64,000 bases of DNA from Gnetum montanum (taxonomy: Eukaryota > Plantae > Gnetophyta), in contig MNCI01001040.1 in the NCBI GenBank assembly GCA_015680685.1, forward strand, positions 245,492 through 309,491, read 5' to 3'. The notes beneath the pieces were generated by a model, which did not search any database, was not told the DNA's origin, and saw only the letters and a program-made list of their open reading frames with translations. Shown piece after piece: positions 38,196 through 50,700 of this stretch (the stretch's first letter is position 1; every line of letters begins with the position of its first letter). A program made the translations under genes and the position numbers.

Positions 38196-41100
38196 TGTGG
38201 ATCATTGAACTTAGAAAGGTGGCAAGGGGGAGGCTTAGAAATGTGGTTTTAAGGCTTCCAAAACCTTTACAATCTTGAGCTCTACATCAGAGTATTGTAT
38301 TGTAGCACCAACAACTCAATCCTACAAGATCTCGATAAGGTCAAGGAACTCAACCCCTTAGGGCAACAAGAACAAGAAATAGAAGGAATGATTGCAACTC
38401 AATTTGTTGATCCTTGCATAGTTAGGTACAAAACAACTTACAAAGCCAAAATGATTAGATAATGAGGAGTAATAGAGAATTCAATGATTACAAATGATTG
38501 TACAATGAATACAACAATGCTTGCACATTTACTAATGCACATGAAGTCTTCTTATAGCTACCATGTTGCTAAATCCTTCTCAAAACTCATGCAACATCTA
38601 GCTAACAATCATCAATGGTCATGGGAGATGTCTTTCTTATGCCTAAGATGTCTCTGTAAATTTGGCTTCAAATTTGGAAAGATGTCTTTGTTTCCTGAAA
38701 GACGTCTTTCTAAAGTCTACATCCTAGAGGACATCTTTGCTAAATGGATGACATCTTTCTACATTTGGTTTGCATTCTATAAAGATGTCTTTGCCTCATG
38801 AAAGATGTATTTGGCTGGGAAAAGATGGCTTGCTATTTCTAAATATGTCTTTTTGTATTTTCTCTAAGTTCATCCTAAATTTGTCAAGACATTTGCTACT
38901 TCCTAGAGATATCATTCTTCATATTTCTTTGTCTTTTGAATGCATCATTCTTTGTCCATAGTCTTGACCTTCCACATGCTTAGATGATGATAAATTTTCT
39001 TGTTTAGTATCAAGTCCTCTTCCATGTTCTTTGGATGTTCATTCAAAGACATGTAGATGAGCTCCTCCTTTGAGCTTTGGAATAGTTCATTCGATGTCTT
39101 CTTTAGCTCATCTTGGTTTCTCGTGTACGTAGTCCTAAAAACATAATGATCATAAAATCATGAAATTAACTTTTGTGTCCATTTTACTTAATGTTTTGAG
39201 CACACAAAAACACACCAAAAGCTCAACAATCTCCTCCTTTTTGGTGATGCTCAAAACTTAAGAAAATGGGTTAGTGATCATACAAATATAACCATACTAC
39301 TCTCCTACTTTTTGAACAACAAAAAAAAAGATAAGGTGCACAAACTTGGATAGAAAAGGTAAAAAATAACAATATAATATGAAGATCCAAATAGCACTTA
39401 TAATCTTAAAAAGATAAAGGGAGTATGTATTTATTAGGTCCATGAATAGGTGCCCCAAAGTTGGTAAGAGCAGAATAATTTTTCCAAGTGAAATTCATCC
39501 TCGAAGTAAAGACTTAAGAAACCTAGCTCTAAAAAAATATGACATTAGTAGTGCAAGGTGCTTGGAATTTAGATAATCCATACAACATCATAATGGAAAA
39601 GTATTGATGTCAAATGAATACGTTCTCATAGATTAATCATGTTATTACTCAAAATGTAGTGAAAATTGAGAATTTCTCTTTTGTGGTTAAAATGAGGAGT
39701 TGCAATTAATTCAATAAGAACTATCAACATTAAATTTTAATGGTCAAGCCTATGAGTGAGACATGCATACTTCGATGTTTGTGCAAGGAAATGCAATATC
39801 CAAAAACATTAAGCAAAAATAAAACATGTTGATAAATATACATTCATACACTTATTGAAATTCTCTCCTAATGTAAATATGATTAGGTAAAAATAGTTTG
39901 TAAATACAAAATATCAAAGATAGAACATGTAGAAATAGGCGTTTCATCAAGTATCACATAAATATGAAAGCAACAAGTGGTGCCTCACATACATCAAGAA
40001 CTAAGCCAAGTTTTTCAACCAATATTTAAGCTTGAAGTGAAGTGTGAAAATTGAGGAGTAAGTAATCTATCTTTAATATAAGTAAATTAGTATGGATCAT
40101 CATCTTGGTAAATGAGCATATAATAATCAACAACCTGAAACCAGCCATGTCAAATTCTCAAAGAAAATTATCAAAAGAACCACTCTTATCATGGCTAATC
40201 TACATCTCAAAACAAAATATTCAATGGATAAATCAATCAAAAAAATATATACCCAAAAGAACATGGCTTTTCTCATAATATCAACTAGTTTTTGTATAAA
40301 AATAGATACTTCATGCTTAAGCTTATCAGATAGGTGTGTTTTTAGTTCAAAATCTATGAGGACCAACACATAAATTGACACTAAAGACCAAGGATAGATC
40401 ATCACAAAAAAATTGGTCTAATAGAAATAAGGGCATTAGATTCTAGTTTCAAACAAAAGAAATCATCAATAGAATATAAAAGCCATGAATTTTTAGATTA
40501 AATATGATAGCCATGCATATTTGCTTTTGAAATAATCTAATACAACAACTTGAAAACAATTGATGCTAATAAAGAACTAAGTATTCATATATCATTAAAT
40601 ACATTTTAAGGTCCTCATATATACCAAACACAACCATTCATCAAAAATATTTCAAGTCGATAGAGAAATGATTATATAAATTTGATTAATCATTAAATAC
40701 ATTTGAAAGTTCACATATGCAACACACCATCATTCAAGATTTTTCCATCCCATTATGTGAAAAATACCTCTTGAGGAACTTTCCTTGCTCTTTGTGCATT
40801 TTGGCTAAAGTCCCCATGGACTCCCCCTACATATATGCTACTTATAATGGGCTTTTAAGATCAATGTGCAAAAATCACAAACACACTCTTACTATAGATC
40901 AATATTAAGAATAATTATGGAGATCTAGATCTTCAACTAGAAATATTAATAGAGGTTTGTCTCATCTTATAAATGGAAAAAATCATTTCAAAGTCTATGA
41001 GCATAGATACAGATCATCACAAGAATTTAAAATTGAGTAAGACATGAAATCAAGCCAAGGGAAATTATTACAAGAGCTATTATAAATCTTCACAAAACCA

Positions 41101-44100
41101 GTCAATATCATGAATGAATGAGAGAAATGCTATAGACACTTATTCTGCATTTTTTGATCTAAGACATGGATAATTTACATTGTCCTTATTAACTAGCAAG
41201 CAAAGAAATAGAGACTTAACTTGCTTGTTGATAAATTGGGATGATTAATGGAGTTTGAGATGAGGTCCCCTATAATGAAGTACCTCCTCATCCTTAGGTT
41301 CTATTTCATTAGATAGTGAATTTGATGTCTCTATTTGTTCATTTTCCTCATGATAAAACTTTGAATCAATTTTTGCATTATTTTAAAAGCTACCCTTCTC
41401 TTCATTCTCACTTATTGTTACTTACACAATTCCTTACCAAAACCCTTTTGACAAGACCAAGCATTAATCTCATTTTGATCATCATAATTAGGAGTTTGCA
41501 TAAAACCATAATTTTTGCATATAAAAGTAGTGTCATCCTTATGATAAGAATTATCAAACCTTACAATGCTTGACTTTGAGCTTGAAACTTCAAGTATTGC
41601 TTCATATGAATTTTTGGTTAATTTTTGAGAATCTTTTCATCTTGAATCTTGTTGCAATCCTTGTTAGAAAAGGTTGGTGGTTGAATCTCAGCTTTTATGT
41701 ATGAGATTTCTTCTTTCATTTTAGCATGGATAGCATTTAACTTAGAAAGCACTAGTTTCTTTGACTTCTTAATCAAATGATGTAAGAGAAGAATTTCTTC
41801 TTTAAATTTACTATACCTATTGCCACACTTATGATGTTGTTCGATCATATGTGAGGAAGATTCATTAGTAAGCCCCATGCATATGAGATGAGAATCTTTA
41901 GAAGAATTGCATGCTTCTTCTTCACTTTGCTCATCATCATCCCAACTTGTATAAAAGTTGGTATTTTTCAATTCCTCATCATTGGATCTATTCTTTGATT
42001 GAAATTTGCTATCATTTGGATCACTAGGAAATTCAAAGGCCATATGGCCTCTTCCTCCACAAACCCAACACTTTATGGAAGAAAAATATAGATTAGAAAA
42101 ATTTTAAAAATTTCTACCTCTTTCTCTACCTTTGAAGAAATTTGGACTTTTTTTTTTGCTAATATGTCCCTTTGTTTCTTCTTATAAGCAATCATTGTAG
42201 TCTCCTTGAGAGAAGAGCAATCTCATCTTCATTGCCCTCATCATGATCATTGATCTCCTTCTCCTTGGAGGTAGTCTTTAGGGCAATAGGTTCTCCTTGA
42301 ATCTCTTCTTTGCTTATGAGATTCATTTCATGGGCAATGAAAGCACTTTGAAGTTCCTCAAATCTTAGAGTCAAGAAATCTCTAATTTACTCCTTGGTTG
42401 TGACTTTAGGGCTGAACTCTGGTTGAAGAGTTTTGATCATTTTGATGATGACGTCACTTTTGGGCAAGTCTTTCCCTATCCTTCTAATAGCTATAACAAG
42501 ATCATTCTCTCTAAAAAATAATCCTTGATTTTCTCACCTTCTTGCATCTTAAGTTTATCATATTCACTTTGCAAAACTAACAATTTCAATTGCTTAATGA
42601 TAGAGATTTCCTCATAAGTAGCTTCTAAAGTTTGCCAAATTTCTTTGGCCATTTTACATCTTGCTACCCTATTGAATTCAGATTTATTCAATGCATAATA
42701 TAAATAATTTTTTTTCATTTGAATCAAACATGAACTTATCCTTTTCTTTTTGCAACCATTTGTTACAAGGCTTAATGCTATTAGTGGTGTCATCAATAGG
42801 TGGAGTGTAGCCTTCTAAGATTAACTCCCAGAATTTAGACTCCATGGATTGAAAGAACCCTTGCATTCTAGATTTCTAATAAGTGAAGTTGAATCCATCG
42901 AACATGGATGGCTTTGTGTGAGAAGTCTCCTCCATTGTTCAACCTTGAAGTTTATGATGAAATAAAGAGTACTAGGATCTAATACCAATTGTGGATCATT
43001 GAACTTAGATGGGAGGTGGGGGAATGAATAAGCTTTCTAAATTAAAACTTAAATAAACAAAGCACACACACATAAATTTACATGGTTCCCCAACTTGGGT
43101 ACTCCACACTCAAAGGGTAGATCACAAACACACCTCCAAACTTTGTTTCTTTTCAAATTGTGGTTGAAGGATTCACATCCTATATAGTCATCAAGTCCCA
43201 CTCTAGAATGTTGAACTACAGCAAAAATCACTCAACCCTACAAGGTCTTTTTAGGCTTGGAAATATGTTTTCAAGGCTTCGACAGCCTTTATAATCTTGA
43301 GCTCTACATTGGAGTGTTGTATTGTAGCATCAATAACTTAATCCCATAGGATCTCGACAAGTTCAAGGAATTCAACCCATCAAGGTAATAAGAACAAGAA
43401 ATACAAGAATGATTGAAACTCAATTTAATGATCATTGCATAGCTAGGTAAAGCACACTTTACAAAGCTAAAATGCTTAGACAATGAGGAGTAGTAGAGAA
43501 TTCAATGATTACAAATGACTATACAATGAATACAATAATCCTTGCATATTTCCCGATGCACATGAAGTCTTCTTATAACTATTGTGTTGCTAAATAATTA
43601 TTGAAACTCATGCAATGACTAGGTAATGATCACCAATAGTTGTGGGAGACATCTTTCATATGCCTAAGATGTTTATCTAAATTTGGCTTCAAATCTAGGA
43701 AGATGTCTTTATTTCTTGAAAAATGTCTTTTTGAAGTCTTCATCCTAGAAGATGTATTTTCTTAATGGAGGACATCTTTTTGCATTTGATCTATATTCTA
43801 TAAAGACTTCTTTATCTCATGAAAGACATCTTTGGCTAGGGAAAGATGTCTTTTTGCATTTTCTCTGAGTTCACCGGAAATCTTCCAAGATGTCTTTTGC
43901 TTCCTAGAGACATCTTTCTTCATCTTCCTTTGACTTTTAAATACATCATTCCTTGTCCATAGCCTTAACCTTCCGCATGCTTAGATGATGATAACATTGA
44001 TTGTTCAATATCAAGTCCTTGTCCATGTTCTTTGGATGTTTGTTTGAACACATGTGGATGACCTCCTTCTTTGAGCTCTAGGATAGTTCATTCGATGTCC

Positions 44101-44227
44101 TCTTTGGTTCATCTTGGTTTCCTATGTATGTAGTTCTAGAAACATAATAACTATACAACCATGAAAATTTTTTTTTCTCCATTTTACTTAATGTTTGAGC
44201 ACACCATAACACACCAAAATGGCCACA
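38196..44227 (-). mobile_element. Element F: SIRE-like Ty1/copia derivative with gag only
   Basis: LTRs 38196-39228 and 42990-44227, termini TGTGG...CCACA, TSD CATAA at 38191-38195 and 44228-44232. Decayed Met PBS at 42976-42987. PPT atctcctccttt at 39229 and a second PPT-like copy at ~39300. Confidence 0.88.
41300..42935 (-). pseudogene. Extended copia/SIRE-type gag of F
   Basis: 'MEETSHTKPSMFDGFNF', 'FWELILEGY', 'CKMAKEIWQTL', 'LKMQEGEKI', knuckle 'CWVCGGRGHMA' (~42060), then an acidic segment and a coiled-coil-like tail. Confidence 0.8.
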
Positions 44228-44789
44228 CATAACACAATAATGCTTGGTAATCCCATCAATGAATACTTGGTACACCCAGTAGTAAATACTTGGTAACTTA
44301 GTAGTGTTAGTAGACATTCAGGATGTGTATGAAAAGTGGGAATAGATGCTCCAATTTTATAATATTTTAGTTATTTAATTAATAAAATTAAATACTTAAT
44401 TCATCATTTATTTAATCTCTTTATAGATATAGAAAATGATAAAAATTATAAAATAAATATCTTACACCTCAATCACACTTAGCCATACAAATCAATTTAA
44501 AATAAGTGATGGTTGGAAAGATAATGACTAGTAACCACATCTTTTATTGTCTAAGGATATAGGCCACTTATGTAAATGAAGCCCACATAATTTGACTAGA
44601 TCATGCATACACGCTAGTGATTCATATGGTTAGGTGTAGGAAATACTTGTTGCTCATCATTGGCATTGTTAATAGGGAACTTAGTTGTAGCTATGTGTGC
44701 TAAGTTTTTTTAAATAGTGAAAGAATACAAAGTTATTTTAAGAATACAATACATCATCTTTAAGAGAAATAATAATATTGTATTCATGC

Positions 44790-47700
44790 ACACTACATAA
44801 GAAAAAACTAAGTTATCTTCTTCTCATAGGACTAATTCATCACCTGTTGATGATTCTAAATAGCAACATGACATATCCAAAAGGAATATTGATGAGATAC
44901 CTCAATAATTAAAGGTTGTTTATTCACATTTGTATCCCTACTATATAGACTTCATGTTCATCCTCCATCAAGATGAACAACTATAATGGTGAGATTTTGA
45001 GGGCAATGTTGTATTATCCCTTGATTAGTCTATTTGTTCAATGTTCATGGAAGCTCTTATGAAGCCGAGGCTTGAACCAATAGTACTAGATTACCAAATT
45101 AAGGAAAACCTCTCTAGAAACTATCAATAAATAGAGGTCCAACTTAGAAAAGATAAAATCATGGGGGCACACAATGAAGCCTCAAAGAGTAAAAAGTCCC
45201 GATATCACTAGTTTTATAATTAGAGAAGAAGAACCTAGAATTTCCATCAGGAAAATCTTAGCATTAAGATCATCCTTCATTTAGTGAGAAAAACATGACT
45301 AATCAATAGTTATGTTTAACCTTGTCAAGCAACCAAGGTAAGGGAAGAATTAGTTCTAGAACCATGGAAACCTCAAGGCCATGGTTGCCCAACCATTCTC
45401 CAAGAGAATAACCAAGGGATAAAAGAAGAAGGACAAGATAACACAAATATCCTAGTCCTTTATTCTCACTATTATTCTTATCATTAAACTATGATAGTGG
45501 GGGGCATGACTAAGACTAAAGGAGAAATGATCAAGGCTGAGATGAAGATGACAGAAGGTCCCATTGTAGAGAAGGGAGGAGAGAGCATAGACAATAACAA
45601 GAAGAGGAAGGAAAACATAAAAAAAGAAGGAATAATAGGCCACATTATAGAAGACATGACCATGATAGGGATCACCATGGATATGGTGATTATAATGAGC
45701 TGATAGTTATTATGAGAAGCATGATAAACATTTGAGAGGTAGTTCATGTTTCCACTAGGCATTAAAGGGATAATCAAGTTAAATAGCTTGATATGAACAA
45801 CATCTTTAATTTTAAGGGAGGGTATAATGTTAATCAATAATATTATTTGCAAGCCTTCCATGATGGTTGTGTATTGAAAAAAATTTAAAATAAGTGGTAG
45901 AAACTCAAATTGTTTCCTAGGATACTTATGAAAGAAGCTAAGAGTTGGTATCGATCTTTGGGGTTGAATCTACTCATAGATGATGAACAATGTTGAAACT
46001 ATTCAACAATAAATATAAAACATATTCTAGGATATCTAACCTAAGGAAACAAAACCAAGGGTGGAAAGAAGTCAATCATGAATCCCTTGATGCATGAAAC
46101 ACCACTAAGAAAATTCATGTTGTAAATTGTAACTTCACCATTAAACTTAAGGCTTAATTTTATTGTAAAATATAAGGTTTGCACTTCATATTCTACAATC
46201 TTACATGTTTCAAATTTTTGGGGCTAAAAAATGCCTAATAAGTTGTTGTACGCTCATTTCCTAGGTGGAAAAAGTTATGTCATGTCTATATTTGAGCTTG
46301 GAAAGACTGAAAATGCCTTGGGAATTGTCAAATTTGGGTTTTTTTATGGGTTTTATGTTGGTCACAGCCAAAAATACACTACAACCACATGCAACAAATG
46401 TAGAAAATGTTGGGATTTAACTTTCACAGCATGGCCAATATAGTTTTCATGAGATCCATTGTAGCTTTCCAAAGCCAATGTAGTTTTGATGAAGGCAATG
46501 TAGTTTTTAAGGTCAACTTAGTTTTATAGCACTTGGTATAGTTTTTATGGTATTGGGGCATCAAACTTACCATAAGTAAAAAAAATATGTTGGAAATGAT
46601 GGCTTGCCACACTTGCAAATTATAGCAATCTATTAGCAATGATGGAAAACAATTTATAGCACCAAAGTAGTTACCAACACCCTATTTAAACCAAATTTAT
46701 ATACATTATAAAGACTTTTTGGCAAATTGGCAATCCACTAAGCATTAGAGACTCTTAGAGTAATTTCCCAGCATAAAAAAGTTAAGCATTTACCCACCAT
46801 TTTTCATCCAACACAACATATTCAACCTAAGAACCAAAAAAAGGTTTTAGAAATCAAAGCTTGAAAACACCTATATCGTGTGATCAAATATAGAACACAA
46901 CTTGCCAGTTTTACTAGACTTCAAGTAGCATTCAGGAAACTCCTTATGCATCTAAGAATACACTTGTACATATTTGAACTCTATTCTTGCAATATTTTTA
47001 TTAGTATACTAGGAATTGATAGTTCATTTGTTTATGCAAGTTTATTCCAAGTTTGAGTTTTGTGATTTTTCTTAGATTAGATTTGCTTTCTTTAATAAAT
47101 TTAATTGCACTATTTACATTTCCCAAGTTCTTGGGTGATCAAAAAAATTGTCTAGGGTACCTTGGATCCTCTTTCCTGGAGGTCCTTAGGATCCAAGGTT
47201 AAACTATTCATAGGGGATCTTTGGTTTTCTAACATCAAATTTTTTGGTGCAACAAGTTTTGACACTAGAAGGAGAGCCTCCATCCACATTCTTTGCCTGA
47301 TCCACATCTACCCTTTTCAAAGTCAAGCTTCATAAATTAAAACCTTTTAAAATCCCATTCAAATATGCCAAGGAAGTCAACGTTGCCACCCATTCTCCTG
47401 CAATTCATACTTAGTGTATCAAGTTCAAGTGGGTTGTGTGTTTCCAAAATTTTCATAGAAATTGCTAGAATTCCTAAAGCTAGCATAGTTTCTTGTAAAA
47501 CCTTCTATTTTCTCTTGTTGAAACCCACCTTTGCGCTTTCTAAAGGCTAGTGTAGTTTTGCCCTAATAACCGAACTCCCTACTATGAAATTTTGTGAGAA
47601 AAGCCAACATATTTCTGCCCAAGATTCCAACATATCTTTGAGAAAATATGATTTCAAGGGGAGGTAGTATTCCCACTATAATTTTTCAAGGGGGGAGTAT

Positions 47701-50700
47701 TCCTAGTGTAGTTCTTGTTGATAAAGCCAACATAGTTATTTTTACCAATACTAAAATTGCCATATTTTGCTAAGTGTAGTACATACCATTGTCATTGCAT
47801 CCTGCACTACACTTGCAATCATAGTTCCAACCATTTTTATAATCATAACTATTTATACATTGGGAAATTCTATTTGTTAAAATTTTTAGTTTAAAACCAA
47901 ATTAAATTAGTAGCAATGCCTTTCAGTAAATCAATTGTACTACCCATCAACTTGATAGACATGGCACCCAACCAAGATGTAGTAAGGTATATGACCCAAG
48001 AGACCTAGTAGTGGTTAAGTGTAGGTAATTGCTCAAAAAAGGGATCAAAGCCTAAATTTTTTTGTGATAAATGAAGAATGCTACAACTTCATTTATGCCA
48101 AAATCCAAGCTAGACTACTCATTCCATGAGTAGAATCTAAGTTCAAACGTGAGTTTGAGTTGATCCATCAAAATGGGAAGGAGTACATTCCTTCCCCTTA
48201 TGATAAAATACCACTAAATAATATCCATATGTGCATCTTATCCCAACTCAAAGAGCTATCCTGAAGAGCCTGACAAATTCAAAGCTGAACCAAAGCTTAA
48301 TAACTTCATAGGAATCCTTTTCAACAATCAACATCCTAAGCCATTGCATCTAGTTAAACTTCTCTTGCCTCTTCTATGGGGTAGGTTACTCAAACCTATT
48401 CTCTTCCAACTTATCCTATTATGTTTGGGTCAATGCCCATCATAGTTTTCCACTAGGCATAATTTTTGTCTCAATCAATCTCTCTATTTTCTTCCATGCC
48501 TTTTGCCATGTAGCCTAGATCTACACAGTTGTCCCCTATGGTATTCATCATTTCTCATCCATTTTCATTCAATTGGCCTCATAGTGGGATCCCAAGTGAT
48601 CCAAGTATCACATACATCCTTTTCCCCATTTTTTCCACAAATACCAACATAAACCTTGTTCTTATGATTTAGCCCTCATATGAAAATTATTACTCAGCCT
48701 TTGCCATCATAGCCATTGCCTATTGTAAGGCCACAAGCCTCCCAGCATACACCATATGTACAAATGCCAAAACTTGCTAAAATGCCTTAAGGATTGGATT
48801 AGGACTTCCAAATGATCCAAGACCTTATGGAGAAGTTATGAAAGATTAAGGCCTCAACTATGCAGATGGTCAAACTTTTATTAGGATGATCCTATTAGTT
48901 TAGTTGTCCTACAATTAACTATTCCTCCATGAATTCCTAGACTACAATTCACCAAGTACAATGGTGAGGGTGAACCCTATACTTACCTCATCATCTTCTG
49001 TTATGAGTGCGTACTACTACAGGCTTGGCCTCATACCATAATAAGAATCTTCCCCATGTCTCTTATTGGAAAGGTCTTAAACTGGTGCTATGCTTTGCCT
49101 CAAGGATCTATAGCCTTGCTTGAAGACTTGATTTCATAATTTATAAACCATTTCAAGTACAACTTGAAACAAAATACCATCTTAGACCAACTGATGAAAA
49201 TCAAATAGGGCACCTAAAAACATTTTAGAAGTTCATCCAAAGGTGGAATGATTTATTGAATGAGATTCCTAAACCTATAGCTGAAATCCACCTTTTGGCC
49301 ATCTTCAAGAGGACGATCAACAACTTCATCAAGTTTAAACTCTATTACCTTGACTTGTAGTTACTTAGTTAGGCTTTGTCACAAACTAAGAACATAGAAG
49401 AAGCTACTAAGGTTAGCCATGATCCCATCTACATGGAGAATAAAAATCAAAAGACATGGAAGGATAAGAAGAATGAGAGACAAAACCATGTGGTCATGGC
49501 CACTATGGCCAAAGATAATAAAACTTCATAGGGGACTAAAATGAGTTAACCCAAGGCCTCTCCCATAACTAACCAACCATCAATATTAGAGGTCTCTACA
49601 TCAAACAACACAAGGTCTAACTTCAAGAGGAAAGATCAATCAAGGTATACCAAATTGCCCCTAAAACTGTTTGAACTCCTTAACTAGTTTCTTAAGAGTG
49701 GCCAAATCCAATATAAGTAGATGATTGAGAATGCACATAAGAGGCATGATCGACTATGTGAAATCGTAAGGGATCCCACTCTTACAACCAAGGATGAGCC
49801 ACCTATGCCTAAGTATTTCAAACTTGACCATTCTTAAAGTTGTTTTACCTCTTGAATTGTAGGTTCCATTGCTCAAAGTGGCTCTATTTGACTTCATAAA
49901 GGATGAGAAAAACAATAATTCTTGTATCATTGACCTAGATTTAGTGGAAGAGTAGTGAATAAAAATGCTTACTTGCATCAACCGATGGCAAGAATGGTAG
50001 AACAACAACATTGCCATAACCCAAATAAGTGAAAGATCAAGGAAGGAGACCTGGTCCTTAAGGTTATTCTCAAGCATGCTAACAAGTTCTCAACTAATTG
50101 GGAGGGGTCTTTCTTGGTTACCAAAACCTATGATAATGGAACCTTTAGAGTGACAGACATGGATGGAAAAGAATTGGATGGAAAAGAATTGGCCAATCTA
50201 GTCAACCATTCTTATCTCAAACCTTATTACATCTAACATGATCTTCTTTAGGGGTATAAATCACTATTGACATTGATGGCCTTCACAACTAATAATAAGA
50301 GATCTTGCATGTTCTTTATCTATATCTCTCTCTTTGTTTGACATAATAAATACATTGTAAAATTTTGTAAATCTAATGTGCATCGCACAAATCTCTCCAT
50401 ACTATAATGAGAGTGACCTATGGTGGTCTAGCTTGATGGTTGTATCATATAGCTCCATGAAATGTATTGTAACAACATGTTTTCTTTGTCTTATTTCTTG
50501 ACCTCTAGGAGTTGTGCTTATAGGATGAAGGCTAAAGTCATTGTGAAGTTATAGCTCACCATGACAACAAGTTACTAGGTGACCTTGATGCATGAGATTT
50601 GATTAGCTTGTCCTACTATATCAAGAGTGCTTATCTTTAATCACCTTCATTACCACTCTTTAAGCCAAATCCCATTTCCTAATTATATCCTTCCTTACCC

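Noticed and set aside
39221-39228. Different U3 ends in the two LTRs of F (TGTTGAGC vs TGTGGCCA)
   Set aside because: Cannot be distinguished from ordinary decay, given the overall divergence of this LTR pair.
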